From the human T2T-CHM13v2.0 reference genome, Homo sapiens, in NCBI RefSeq assembly GCF_009914755.1, contig NC_060945.1: DNA of 64,000 nt. One strand, written 5' to 3'. Positions 42,335-58,496 of this stretch are shown piece after piece (position 1 is the first letter of the stretch; each line of letters starts with the position of its first letter). The translations under genes were made by a program, and so were the position numbers. Below the pieces are notes generated by a model, which ran no database searches, was not told where the DNA came from, and worked only from the letters and a program-made list of their open reading frames with translations.

Positions 42335-42746
42335 TGTATTAATTCATTTTGTATTGCAATAAGTACCTAAGACTGTGTAATTTATAAAGAAAAAAGATTT
42401 ATTTTCTTCATAGTTATGCAAAATGTACAATAAGTGTGGTGCCAGCATCTGCATCTGGTGAGGGTCTAAGTAAGCTTACAATCATGGTGAAGGCAAAGAG
42501 AAACCAGACATATTGCATGGGGAGAGAGGGAGCAAGCGTGAAAGGAAAGTGCCAGGTTCTTTAAACACGCAGCTCTCATGTGAATTAACAGAGTGAGAAC
42601 TTATTGATCACGAAGGGGATGGCGTGAAGTCATTTACAAGAGATTTGCTCCCATGACCCAAACACATCACACAAGGATCCACATCCTACATTGGGAATCC
42701 CATTTCAACATGAGATTTGAAGGGTACAAACATCCAAATCATATCA
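42335..42746 (-). mobile_element. MST (MaLR) solo LTR
   Basis: tgtattaattcattttgtattgc...catccaaatcatatca; aagcttacaatcatggtgaaggcaaag. Confidence 0.88.
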
Positions 42747-42876
42747 TAGGCCAACTACACATTAAAAATGTGTACAGGACTCTCCAGTTAAAAGGAAGAG
42801 ATTACACAATATTCTTGTTCGAACTTGGTGCATTCTGTTAGGACACATAACAAGTCTTATTAAGTTTAAGAAGCCT

Positions 42877-43181
<305 letters not shown>

Positions 43182-44489
43182 TTAAGATGACCAAAATTAT
43201 ACAGTTATGTTTTCTGACTAAAATAAAATGAAACTAGACATCAAAATCAAGAGATAAACTGGCAAATTCAAAAATATATGGAAATAAAACACACTCTTTA
43301 ATATATTCTTGCTCAAGGTCCAGATAATTTAATCTAAATGTGAAAACAACTCACGGTGGTGAAGAAATTCCAATGGTACATTGTTGACCAGAAATATTGT
43401 TTAAAACTTTTTAAATTGATTATGAGCTAAAACTAGCCAAACACCCATGAGAAAGAACAAAGAGGCATTAAATTTCCTGATTTCAAAATATATTAAAAAG
43501 CTATAATAAACAAAAGCAATGTGGTACTAACAGAGACAAATGAACAGATGATAGAACAAAATAGCCCAGAAATGAACCCTTCTTTATATAATCAAATAAT
43601 CTTCCACAAAGCTGCCATGACTACACAATAGAGAAAAGAAAATATCTTCAACAAATGATGCTGAAAACTGAGTATCTACACTGAAAAAAATAAAGTTGGA
43701 TTATTTTCTTGCACATTTTAAATAAAATAATGAAACTAAAAAACATATAACTAATACAACTCTTAGAAGAAAAAAATAGGGAAAATACAGAACACTGGTT
43801 TTGGCACTTTTTTGTAGATATGACATCATACTTATGAAAAACATAAAAACCCCCAAAATTTAACTGTGCTAAACTTCAAATTTTCTGCACACCAAAGAAA
43901 ATATTTAGTAGAATGACAATGCCACCGAAGAAATGGGGGAAAATATTTGCAAATTACATGTGATGAGTTAATATTCAGAATTATAAACAACTAAAACTGA
44001 AAAACTAACAATGAATAAATTGATTTAGAAATGCACAAAGAATTGAACTGATGTTTAATCAAAAATATATATGTAAGTAGAAAAAAGCACTTAAAATAAT
44101 GCAAAAAAAGTACCAATTGTAGAGAAATACAAAACAAAATTACAATCCAAAACAAAACCACCTCATACCCATTAGAATGGCCACGATAAATTTTTTAAAT
44201 GCCGAATCTGTTGAGGATGTAAAGAAATTAAAACTCATGTGAATTGAGTGGGGAAAAAGGATGCAACCATCATATTATGAATGTTTCTTAAAATTTAAAT
44301 TATATAATTCCACTTATAAACCTAGATTCAAATATAAATCATATTATTTGACTGGAATATAAAATACATTTTTATATATTAATATATATATAAATGGAAT
44401 CCAAGAATTCCACTTATAAATCTATATTCAAACATAAATATAAATGTATACTCCAAATATAAATCTATATCCAAACAAAGAACGTGGAA

Positions 44490-44780
44490 GATATATTTGA
44501 ATATATATTTCAAATATTGGTATAATAAATATACCAATATTTATATATTTAATATATATTAATATAATATATATTAAATATATTATACCAATATTTATAT
44601 ATTTTATATATAAATATAATATATATTAAATAAATAAATATATTATATAAATAAATATATATTTTATATATATTAAAAATTAAATATTGGTATAATATAT
44701 TATACCAATATATTATATATAAATATATACACATATATTTATATATATACAATATATAAATATATTATACCAATATTTAC
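44490..44780. repeat. AT-rich low-complexity tract with nested palindromes
   Basis: Almost pure A/T; motif tataccaatat occurs in both orientations. Confidence 0.9.
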
Positions 44781-45151
44781 AAAAGCCAAAAGGCAGAAGT
44801 AACCCAGATATCCCTTGACTGATAAACAAATTAAAAATGTGACATATACATACAGTGGAATATTATTCAGCCTTAAAATAGTAAATCTGTCACATTCTTA
44901 CATAAACATTGAGATATTATGTCAACTGAAATAAGATAGTAATAAAGTGACAGATACTATATGATTCCATGATATGAGTCATCATAAGTAGTCAAATAGA
45001 AACAGAAAGGAGAATGGTATTACTCAAGGTCTAAAGAGAGGGTAAAATGGGCAGTTGTTACTTAATGGGTATTGTCTTAATTTTAGAAGACGTAAAAGTT
45101 CTAGAGGTCTTTACATAACAATGTAAATACTCTTAACAACTAAAATGTACA

Positions 45152-45442
45152 CCTTTTTTGAGGTAGGTTCTCACTCTGTCCTGCAGGCTGGAATGAAGTC
45201 ATATAATCATAGCTCACTGCAGCCTCAACCTCCCATGCACAAGTGATTCTCCTGCCACGGCCTCACAAGGAGCTAGGACCACAGGTGGACAACCCAACAC
45301 CTGGCTAATTTTAAATTTTTGTGGGGAAGGGCTCTCTATATGCTGCCCAGGCTGGTCTCAAGTTCCTCGGCTTAAGCAATACTTCTGCGTCAGTTTCCCA
45401 AAGTACGGGCATTATAGGCATGAGCCTCCACCACACTCAGCA
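45152..45442 (-). mobile_element. AluJ
   Basis: atcatagctcactgcagcctcaacctcc. Confidence 0.85.
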
Positions 45443-45680
45443 CTGAAATATAGACTTAAAAAACTTTAAGATGGTAAATTTTATGTCATGTGTTTTCACA
45501 TTTTTTTTTGAAAACAACTAAAAGTGATATAGGTCTTTCTATAAATCATAAAATACATAAATATATAAACATAAATCACCTTCAAATCACTAAAGTGTTT
45601 CTCTCACACAAAGAAAATATATATATTTATCATTAAACACCTAGTGAATATACCACTGTTTCTATGACTACTCACCTTCA

Positions 45681-46004
<324 letters not shown>

Positions 46005-46559
46005 CTACTGTGGCCGCTGAAGGAGTTCAGTGACTCAGTTTCAGCTGTCTTTGCCACAGTTCACAACAATTCCTGCCAACACAGGAACCCACACAGTGAT
46101 GTGGAAAAAAACTTCCAAATACTCAGTGGTAGCCACACTTACCACATCCCGACATAAGGTCCACCATATGCACACCCAATTGCAGAAATCTGTCCTAGTT
46201 TCTGCACTATAAATAAAAGTCCTGAAGGAAATCCAGCCCGCCCAGACATTAGATGGGAATCACAACAACCAAAGCCCCTGGTAAAAAGCCACTTGAAGGT
46301 TGAATCCACTGCATACCCAGCAGCCTTGTGACACAGTTATAAACTCTTCCTTACTACAAGCTCATAGGGCTTCCCATTACCCTGGGAACAAAAGAAGATC
46401 TGTACCTCCTGAAAACAGTTTATAAAAAATTAAAGAGCTGTTTGCTTCTTCAAATTTATAGACACCGGGGTAAGGCTACATGGTTCCATTGTCAATGTTT
46501 CTATTTTAACATAGCAGTGAAAGTACTTTGCAGAAGAATTAGTCAAGAAAATGACCCTA

Positions 46560-48605
46560 AAAATGACATTCAAATTGAGGAAAAAAATTAAAAGGTTGCT
46601 GTTTGTAGGTGACATGATCTTATAAATAGAAAACCATAAACAATACATCAAAAAATAACAAATGCCCTCAGAAAATTAGCAATATATAACATTAACATAT
46701 AATTATCAGTTATGATTCCATATGCTAACAACAAACCATCTGATAAAAAAGGAAGAAAACAATCTCATTTCCAATAGAATTAAAATAATAAATTTCTGAA
46801 AAATTAACAAAGAAGGCAAAAGATCTTTTCACTGAAACATATATTGATGAAAGAAGTGGAAGAAGTCACAAATAAATGCAAAAAGATTTCAAGTTTATGA
46901 ACTGGAAGAATAAATATTATAAAGCACCATATGATTCAAAGTGATCTACAGTTTCAATGAACTCTCTATTAAAAATCCAGTGACATTTTTCACAGTAATG
47001 GAAATTACAATTCTAAAATTTACATGAAACTACGATAGGCTTTGAAAAACCAAAGCAATCTAGAGGAAAAGGGACAAAGCAACCAAACTTCATACTTTAT
47101 GATTTCAAACTATATTTTAAGATTGTAGTAAAAAAACAGATGATACATGCAAAATATGGACACAATAAACCAATGGCACAGAATAGAGCCCAGAAATAAA
47201 CCCAGACATATAAAGTTTACTAATCTTTGATAAGTGCACCAAAAATATACAATGAACAAAGTATAGTCTTTTTAATATTTGCTTCTGAAAAAACTGGATA
47301 CCTCCAGGCAAAAGAATAAAATTAGCTTATTTTTCTTACACCATGCTAAAAGTTAAATTACAGACTTAAATATGAATCCTTAAAAAACCTGAAAAAAAAT
47401 ACATGGAAAACCCTCATGATATGGTCTTAACAATAATTTGTTAGACATAATACCAAAAGTACAGCAACAAAAGCAAATATAAACAAGCTGGACTGCATCA
47501 AACTAAAAACCTTCTGCACAGAAAAGAGAACAATAAAATAAAAAAATTTGTAGAATGGGAAAAAATATTTGCAAACCATACATCTGATAAAAGATTGATA
47601 TACAAAATATATAAGAAATGCAAGCAGATTGAAAGCAAAAACAACAGTAACCCAGTTCAAAATAGGCAAAAAACTAAACAGTTATTTGTCCAATGAAGAC
47701 ATACAAATGGCCAACACATAAGCCATAAAGTACTCAATATCACCAAATATCAGGCAATTGCAAATCAAAACTATGATGAGTATCATTTCAAACATGTTAG
47801 AATGGATAATGTAAAAAGAAGAAACATAACAAGTGTTGACAACACTTTGAAGAAAAAAAATTCTGTACATTCTTGGAGAGTTATAAATTGATGGAGTCAT
47901 TACAAAAACCAATAGAGGTTATCTGAAATACAGAACTACTACACAATCTAGCAATAGTAGTATTGTGCATATAATACTGTGTATATAACAAAAGGAAATG
48001 AAATAAGTAACTTGAAGACATATCTGTACCACCATATTTGTTGCAGCATTATTCACAATTGCCAAGATATAAAAAACCTAAATGTTAGTGGATGCTGAAT
48101 AAAGAAAAGCTGGTATAAATAAACAATAGAATATTATTTAGCCTGAAAAATAACTAAATCTTGCCATTTCAACAACATGGGTAAAACTGGAAGACATTAT
48201 GCCAAGGGAAATAAGCCAGACATAGAAAGAGAAATACTGTTCATTCTCACTTATATGGGGAATCTAAGAAAGCTGAACTCACAGAAGCAGAGACTACAAT
48301 GGAAGTTGTCAGGGACTAGATATGGGAGAAAATGAAAAGATATTGAAAAGACAAATTTTCTGTTATGAGTAAGTTTTTCAAATGTAATGTATAGCTTCAT
48401 GATACAGTTAACACTAAATTTTTGTATGCTTAAAATTTGGTGTCAGCAGACCTTAGATGTTTTCATTACAAAAAAGGTACCTATGTGAGGAAAGGTGATA
48501 AAAATGCTCAGAAACATAATTGTGCTAATCATTTTACAATATACACATGCAGTAAGTCATTACATTGTACACAATAAATATATATACAATTTTTATTTAT
48601 AAAAA
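46560..48605 (+). mobile_element. L1MA-type ORF2 3' half plus 3' UTR
   Basis: gctgtttgtaggtgacatgatc (RT motif region), ggactgcatcaaactaaaaaccttctgcaca, 3' UTR ending cattgtacacaataaatata. Confidence 0.8.
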
Positions 48606-49425
48606 AATCCACAATACACACCTACATATATATACACACATATAAATTACAGTTCTGGTAAACTTTATCCTGAACAAGATAAAATTAAAAAATAGTAATT
48701 TAAAAAACAAGGAAAGAAGTGGGAGCTTAACATATGCTCAGTAATGTTCTAAGTTCCCTGACATAGTGAATTGTAGAAATGTAGGAAATATCTACGTTAT
48801 ATTACAGTTGAGAAATTAAGACAGAATTGAAATTACCAACCTCAGTTAGTACTAAAAGAATAAAAATTTCAATTCAAATAACATTAGATATTCTTAAAGA
48901 GATACTTAATATTCTGATTAAATTACCGAGTATGAATTTCTGTAGAAACACATTTGAAACCTCCATAAAATAAGAAACTATAAAGCAGAAAACATACAAC
49001 ATATGTGGGTTGTATTTCTGGGATTTCTGAACCAAATCTCAATATCACTACTTTTACATATTTCAGACACAATGCAGAAAGAGAACTTAAAAATGGGTAA
49101 ACACAGGGTTTCTAAAAAATATGCAGCTATTTGTATATCCCTAAAAGCAATAAAAGTAGTCAGATTGTGCACTGTTTTATAAGCCATAAAGAGAACTTTG
49201 GCTCTCACTGCAAATCTGAAGAAAAATTATTGAAGAAAATGTAGAGTCACTAGAGAGCATGGGACAGAGGATGCCCCTATGTGAGAACAAGTGAAAAAAC
49301 CCAGGCTTCTCAGAAAGGATTTCCACTGGAGCACAGCTTCCCAAATCACATGTAAAAGTCCGGGTTCCTCTCGGCCTTTGGATGCCTCATCTATGTCATC
49401 CTCTTCTTCATTCGCTTTCACCTAC

Positions 49426-49500
49426 CTGGGTGCTTCATACTCCATGGCTTTTTCCTTTGCTCCAGACAGGTGACCAGGTCTGGCTTAGAGAAGACAATAC
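49426..49500 (-). pseudogene. KRAB-B exon (75 nt)
   Basis: aaaacag/GIVFSKPDLVTCLEQRKKPWSMKHP/gtaggt; both splice sites intact; 21 nt shorter than the usual 96-nt exon. Confidence 0.93.
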
Positions 49501-49923
49501 CTGTTTTATTTTAAAAAGCATCATGAGCATGACTTTTCCTGGGATTCTCCATTTACCAACCTAATACTGTGCTAAGTAGAGAAAAGAGGACATAATAGAA
49601 GATTCTAGAAAATTAATCCCAAAATACTTTTTACTGACAGAACCTTTAGCGTATTCAGAAAGTATATTAAATATGAGTGTCCTCTGTTTCACTCCCCAGT
49701 ATTACTGAATCAAAAATTGGTGGTGGCAATTGAATTTTAAGGTGTGGACAACATTATTTTATGTCACTAAGTTTCTGAAATTACCACTTATCTAGAGTGA
49801 ATAACATAGATAAACTCAGGAAAGGGGAAAATTCAGGTCAAAATGAAACAACCTGAAGAATTCATTTTCCACACCAAAAAATCCGCAAGATTGTCTTAAA
49901 AACAGGGATCTGAAATTTACTCA

Positions 49924-50421
<498 letters not shown>

Positions 50422-51338
50422 TTAATCATACAGTATAAGTTCTGCATATTTCTCAGATTAAAAAGTCAGGCTTAGTTATAAAGTACCTCTCAAATTTTAA
50501 TGTGTACAACAATAAACTGGAGATCTTTTTATGCAGATTTTGTTTCAAGAAACCTGAGGTAAAACCTGAGTTTCTGAATTTCTAACAAGCTCACAAGTGA
50601 CACCAATCTTTCTGGCCCAAGATAAATATTTTGTCAAACATTCATTAAGTGACAGAGCCTGGGTTTTTATGACCAGTAAACAAAGATGAGAGACTTCACT
50701 TTTTAAAGAAAGACATATGCAAAGACAATCTAAGAAGAAAAGAGAACTTCCAGATTACATGGGATGCTTTATTCACATCAGCTGGTAAATGTCCCCAAGG
50801 TACTCAATAATAAAGAGAAAAATAACTCTACAGTGGAAAAAAATTCTCAGAGAACTATTTAACTCAACGAATCAAATTAACACCAATTATAACAGAACAA
50901 ATTTTCATCATGCGCTGATGCTCACAGAACGACACAATATCACTGCTGTGATACTGGCCCCCGCCAAAGAAGTAAATTATAATTCAAATCTAATCATAAA
51001 GAAACAAGTTTTATGCAAAATGCAAACTACAGTAATCGCTCATGTTGTGTAATCTCTATTAAAGTATTTACGCAGACTTTCTTCAGCATTCTAGAAAGCG
51101 AGTATCTTCTAATTATTTTTTTCAAAACTTTCTGAATTATTCTGGGTAACAAATACCATCCTGTTCAAATGTGCATATTTTAATCCTGTTCCACATGGAG
51201 TTGATGGAGCACACAGACAGAACTTCAACATTACATATTCCCCTTTTTCATGAATATCTAAGAACCCCACCTCTTCCCCAGTAGGAATCTTGGGTATCCA
51301 TACCTTTCCATGTGCACCAGCACCAGCAACAAAGGGTA

Positions 51339-51653
51339 TTTTTCTTTTTTTTTTTTTCTTTGGAGATGGAGTCTCCCTCTGTTGCCCAGGCTGGAGTGCA
51401 GTGGCACGATGTAGGCTCACTGCAACCTCCAGAACCTCCACCTCCTGGGTTCAAGTGATTCTCTTGCCTCAGCCTCCCAAGTAGCTGGGATTACAGGCAC
51501 CCGCCACCATGCCCAGCTATTTTTTGTATTTTTAGTAGTGACAGGGTTTCACCATGTTGGCCAGGCTGGTCTTGAACTCCTGACCTCAGGTCATCCACCC
51601 ACATCGGCCTCTCAAAGTGCTGGGATAATAGGCATGAGCCACCGCGCCCAGCC
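51339..51653 (-). mobile_element. AluS
   Basis: Antisense Alu; TSD caaaggg..t; small internal duplication aacctcca. Confidence 0.9.
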
Positions 51654-53056
51654 AAAGGGAATATTTTTAATATTACGAGTCATAATTAATGATGAGAATT
51701 CCGCATGGCAGAGAAGAAGCCAAGATGAAGAGAATGTCGAGAAGACTCTAGTATATAGAAAATAATATATTTCAGAGTTGCTTGACTATCATGAGAAGAA
51801 AAAATGTTTAAACAAACTTATAGGGAGAAACAGCATAAAGTCAAGAAGTACAGGTTTGTAAGTTCTAAACATATGGCATTCCAGGAGGCAGAGTGAACAC
51901 TGCTCCTAATCTGAGACACAGTCACCTGAGAAAAAGCCATTTTTCTCTTCATCATCCTTCTCTAGCATTTCTTCTCAGGTGATATTCTCTGGACAAGTCA
52001 CACCTGCATCTTTGGAATATGCCTTTAAAGGAATCAGCACAATCTCTTCACCTGCTACCACCACAAACACAGGTAGAAAGATCCAGGCATGCAGAACATG
52101 TCCACCCATTTATGTTCTTTATAACAGGTGAGATTCAAGGACAGTGAGCTGCTCCACAAAGATCAAAATTTATCTTTCTCTTTTCCTGCCACAGACGCCA
52201 CAATTTCTGCTACAGCAATGGGGATATGGGCCACATTAACTTGTACCTACCAAATCCAACCATAGTAGACCCTGTGACCTCCCTTTGGAATAAAGTTTGA
52301 ACTCAACTCTCATGAATGTATTTTGAATTCCTCGTGTTTGACCCTGGCCTCAACCTGGAGTCACATGAGGCACTTAATTATATCAACAAGGATGCTTCCA
52401 CCCAGAACAATATACAGAGCCTGCGGGAAGGGCACAAGTGAAAAGATTTCTGCAACCTGGCCATGGAATCTTAATTAGAAGCCTGGGCCAAGAACCACTT
52501 AGCTAAGCATTGCCTCTCAAACTTCAATGTGCATATAAATCATTTGGTAACCCTGGCCCCACACTATGTAATGTGATTCTGCAGGTTTTAAAAGCATCCA
52601 TGAAAGTGCATTTTAAACACATCTCCTGTCAATGCTGATGTAGCTTCCACAGACCCATCATTAGTAGCATTTAGCTAGAAAAAGCAGGCATAGAACAGAC
52701 TCTCACACTCATCATTCATCACAACACAAATACTTCTGATCAAATAAACAATCAATCTCTATCCTGAAAAAACACATTCTTTGCTAGCTCTTTAAAGTTT
52801 ACAGAGACAGGAGAAGGCAACAATGTCTGAGTAAGTCTGCACTGAAAAACAACATGTACACATATACTTATGCAATGCTTATTAAGCAGGTACTATGTGC
52901 TCAGGAGTGTGTTACAGAGCACTGTGCTGGGAACATCACATTATGTGATTTAATCTTCAAAACAACTTGAGAGTTGGGTACTAAGTGTTCAATAATACTC
53001 AGAATTTAGATGAAGGGACCAGCATTGTTTTCTTCCCTGTTTATCTCTTAATGATT

Positions 53057-53350
53057 ATTTTCGGGGGGGGACAGAGTTTCACTCATGTTGCCCAGGCTGG
53101 AAGTGCAATGGCACGATCTCAGCTCACCACAACCTCCGCTTCCTGGGTTCAAACCATTCTCCTGCCTCAGCCTCCCGAGTAGTTGGGATTACAGGCATGC
53201 ACCACGACACTGAGCTAAGTTTGTATTTTTAGTAGAGATGGGGTTTCTCCATATTGGTCAGGCTGGTCTTGAACTCCCGATCTCAAGTGATCCACGCACC
53301 TCGACCTCCCAAATTGCTAGTATTACAGGCATGAGCCACAGAGCCCGGCC
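53057..53350 (-). mobile_element. AluSp-like
   Basis: cagagtttcactcatgttgccc; ctcaccacaacc; tttctccatattggtcagg. Confidence 0.88.
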
Positions 53351-55049
53351 TCTCACTGATTTTTTTAAAAAAATGTATGGCATAAGAGATAAATATAGAC
53401 AGATGGGAGGGATACAGAAAGGAAAGGGTTAAGTGTAGTTTAGAGGGATTTTTTAGTGTGTTTCTATTTACTTTCTTGTGACTTGTGGAGTAACTACTGG
53501 GATGGAATGTCTCTACAAGCACTGGTTTTAATTAGAAAGAAAGAAGTTAAGACCTCAAAATATATAGTTTATTGCTCTAATTTATCTGCTTTTGGGTTTC
53601 AGAATATTGTGAGCATAAGCTCTGGAGAGGCAGCAGGAGCCACCTCCCAAATCTCTGGTCTCCTCTAATGAGTTCTGTGAGGAGAGACTCCAGGGTGGGA
53701 CCAGACCTGAATGAGTCTCAGAAAATGGTGAATCTGGACAGAGCTGGGGTGGAGAAACTGTCCTATGTTGAATTATGATCTCTATACTGCTGGAGTACTT
53801 CTTGTTCTGTCTTTCCTAAGCCTGTCCAAGAGAAACTTAAGAGTTTGTATAATTTTAATCCATTTAGCCACTACTCTATTTTATAACGTATAATAATAAG
53901 CAATTTAACCAAAATTTTTAGGGCTTTCTAGGATAATTTTATTAGAAAATATGTATTCTTAGCAAGGTAAAAGCAATAGAAATACAAATAACTCTCCTGT
54001 TTGAGAATAGCTCTTCTGGTGGTGACATCAGAAGTCACAACAACATCAGAGCCATTGCCCAAGTCCCCTTAACACTCCCACTTTATTGTATTGACTATAT
54101 GATGCTTAATTAAACTATTTATCCAGTTGTTCTAGACTGAGAGTTTTTGAATGACAGGGACCATGACTGCTTCATCTATTTTTCTAAAGGCCATATGAAA
54201 TGGAGGCAATTTGTTTATCAGTCTGAGTCTCCAGAACTCCTGAATTTTTTGCCAAGGAAACTGGAGAAACTCTCGTCCAGGTACCAACCAAGGAGATTAT
54301 TTCTACAAAAGAAGGAACAGACACTGAATGACTCATTTCCCTTCCTCTCACATGGAAGCAGAATTAGACACTCCTGCCAGCCTGACCCAAGTCTGTACAG
54401 GACATCCTGAAATGTCTTAAAGATTCCCGGGTGATTGTGAGAGGATTCCTAGTGACCATGGACTGATGACCGTATGTTGATCCAGGTAGGAAAGACTCAA
54501 GCTGATTATAAATAGAAAATGGAACTGCCCTGGTACAGCTCCAGAACCTGGATCTATGTGTGATATCACCTGTTCTGATTAGCTAGGTCTTAGGTAAGAG
54601 AAAGGACAAGAATACTCTACTCCAGTATCACATTTTACAAATAGGTAAACTTATGTCATTGCTCTGGGTATTTTGTGGCTTTGATCTCTCCCTGCTGACA
54701 TGCATGTTTACACTTACAGATTGTGCAACCAGATTCTATTTACACCAGCAGCCTCTCACATAAACATAGCAGGTCACTGGAAAAGATCTGGAAAGCTCAA
54801 AGGGATACACTCTGAAAGGAGGGCTTTAAGATTTCTATGCTGACATCTCACAGATCAGAAAATGTCTCCTATGGGTTTTCTGTACATTCTCAATCCAAAA
54901 TCTGGCTCTCTCCTGTGATTCCCAGGGAGAGCTCAGCTCTTATGTACAGATTACAGGTAAGATCAACCTGACTCTTCATTCTTTGGTGTTACAGCAAGGA
55001 GAGTAAAAAAAAAAAAAAGTTTCCATCATAAAGTCTGCTCTAGGACATG

Positions 55050-56430
55050 ATATGTCAGCCTAAAAAGAAAAGGTTAAGGCAACACTCATTTAAGTAGAGA
55101 ATTTATTTGGGCCAAGCCTGAGGATTGAAATCTGGGAGCATAGATTCAAGTTACCTTGAATGTACACTTTACTTAGCAGCAGTTACAAGTGGATTTACAA
55201 AGGCAAAAGAGAGGGACAGGGAGTGGACTGAAACAAAGTTGTTTGTCAGAAATTCTTCTCGATCTACAAAAATACATTGATGACTAATTGGCTATATATT
55301 TTTAAGCTGTGAGGTATTGCTTATAACATCTAGTGTGGCATTATTAGGTTAATTTATATCTACTTGTAGGGATAGCAAACAGTTTCAAGAGGCAAACATG
55401 TAGCTCAAAGGAGGCAGTAGAACATAATTATGTTCTCATTTTTATGTCTCTCCGAGCCTGATAAAACCAAAAGGACTTGCAATCCTCAGATCAAAGTTAT
55501 TCTTTTTCCTCTAATCTCAAGACCGAGATTCAGAATTTGGTATTGTAGATTTAGGTCCTGGATGGATGGAGAAATGGCAGGTGTTAACTGCACATTTATG
55601 GGAATTTGGGGAGGAGGAGAAAGAGGAACTTTGAGATACTCACATTTACTCAATGCACACATGTCACCCTAATTGTTCTTCTGGGCCTAATAGTCTCCAA
55701 CTCAGTTTCAGGTCTGAAGACACTATGGTCACTGAAAGAGGTGAAATGGCTGATTACTGTCCTGTGAATTTTGTCAACCACTTGTAGAAAGGCTTAACCT
55801 CTCTACGAGTGGTTGTAGAGGACTATAGATGTGAAACAGGCAGAGACACAAGTCTGCCTGCATACTCTGGGGGCAGTGTGCACTTTGAAGCACAACTGAC
55901 TGAGTTGACTGGAAGCCTGAGGGGGAAAGCCTTCTCTAAAATGAAGCTTGGGGGGCAATTTATACATATATACAATGTCTGGTAATTGTGAACAGGGTTT
56001 GAGAAATATAATTAAAAGGAAAATTATCTCCAGTCCTAGAAAAACCCCACAATAACAGACCAGAAAGAAAAGTGTTTTATTGCACAACAAAACCAGAATG
56101 TGATGTGACAAGAATCACAGACAATCTGCTCAAGAGATTGCAAAGACAGAAAGGTCTCTATAATTAGTCCTCAAGTAGAAGACTTGACAGCACCATTTGT
56201 CATACACAGTTTATCCTGAATTCACCTGGTAATTGGGGAGGCCATCTGTGTATGTTAATTGGTTATATTGAAAGGAAAAATAAACTTCTGACATCTTCAT
56301 GATACGAGATAGTTTTGCAACTTACAGCCAGGTGCCTGCTGAATGTAGGCTCTGGTTCTTTTACAGACACTGTGAAATAGGATACTATTCTTTTGGCTAT
56401 TTACATTTCAAAGCAAAGGGTCCCTACTCC
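55050..56430. mobile_element. Old ERV1-type LTR fragments (MER4 group, family uncertain)
   Basis: LTR-like pieces at ~55050-55510 (agaatttatttgggccaag) and ~55990-56430 (cttttggctatttacatttcaaag). Confidence 0.45.
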
Positions 56431-57330
56431 CTAGGCCACGGGCTGCAGTAATCCTGCTTGCCCTGTCCTGGTGGCCTGTGTCCCATCTCTTCCCCTACCA
56501 TCTACCACTGAGGCACAGCTCACAGCACACAGCTGGCAGCCCACATTCCACATGGACTCCAACCACCACAGCTGCACTCCAGAGTCACATTATGGAGCAG
56601 GGTCCCTGAACTGCAGGAGGAGAACCTGCAGGACTCCTGGGTAGCATTGCACTTTTGCAATAATGGAAATGGGAGCAATGTTTCAGCTACGTTTCTATTT
56701 ATAATGGTGACAAAAAAATACTGCTGGATTCCCAGCATGGGTCTGGATAGAGTGCCAAAGAGTTCTCATTGTGACAGCCCAACTCACTCAGAAACACCAT
56801 GAGACACTTTTGGGTGTCCCTTCTGAAGACAGACACCGAAAGCATTGAAGAGAAAAACAGCTCTCAGTCTGAATAAAATTGTATTAAGAGGTTAAAGGTA
56901 TCTGAAAGAAAAATTCAGATTACATATAATATTAGCCAAGTCGACCAGAAAATACTCCCCTGAGACAGTTTCTCTCTAAACACCCAAAATGCACAGCTGC
57001 TCTCAACACAAGAAACACAGTGTTATGAAGAAAGGGGGCATATTCTCAGCAGAATTTCTTAAGATTTTTCTTCCATCTCTGCTGCTCTCTCATCTGCTGG
57101 CCATTGGATTGAGGATCTACACTGGAACACATCAGGCAACCTTCGCCAGCACTTTTTGATAAAGAATTGGAATTTGACTCTGTTTACATAGTAGAACTAT
57201 ATCTGAGATTGCAACATATCTAACTGAAGACTATTATGATTCATGATTTTTGGGTAGTCACATCACTTGCATTGATTTGTTCTGTAAGAGTGGCATTCCA
57301 AATATAGTAAAACATAAGAATAGACTGTGA

Positions 57331-57657
<327 letters not shown>

Positions 57658-57662
57658 CTATC

Positions 57663-57969
<307 letters not shown>

Positions 57970-58307
57970 GACCTATTATTATATCTATGGGATGAATTAA
58001 TAAGCATGTCAGATTAATATCTACTGTAACAATTAGATAGTAAATTTTCTTTGGATATTAGATATAAATATCTAAGTATAAATAATCTTAATATACTAGT
58101 AATGGCATACATTTTTAAAATTATCTGTAACCTTAACTCAGTTGTAATTATATTTCAAAAGAATAAATACTGATATTAAAATTACTATTTAAGGGATTTA
58201 TTCATAGTAAATAGTGTGGCCTTATATTCACATGATTGTAGAAAATACTGTTTAATTTACATGGATGAATGTTGTCTACTGAAGACTACATAAAACTATG
58301 TTAATTC

Positions 58308-58492
58308 TTTTTTAAATTTTTTTATTTAATTTTTTAAATTTATTATTACACTTTAAGTTTTAGGGTACATGTGCAAAATGTGCAGGTTTGTTACATATGT
58401 ATACATGTGCCATGTTGGTGTGCTGCACCCATTAACTCATCATTTAGCATTTGGTATATCTCCTAATGCTATCCCTCACCCATCCCCCCACA
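58308..58492 (-). mobile_element. L1PA 3' terminal fragment abutting the satellite
   Basis: Poly-T, then ttaagttttagggtacatgtgc...cctaatgctatccctc; cut in the C-rich tract. Confidence 0.92.
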
Positions 58493-58496
58493 CTGA

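Noticed and set aside
44549-44752. Tyr/Ile-rich ORF
   Set aside because: Artefact of the AT low-complexity tract.
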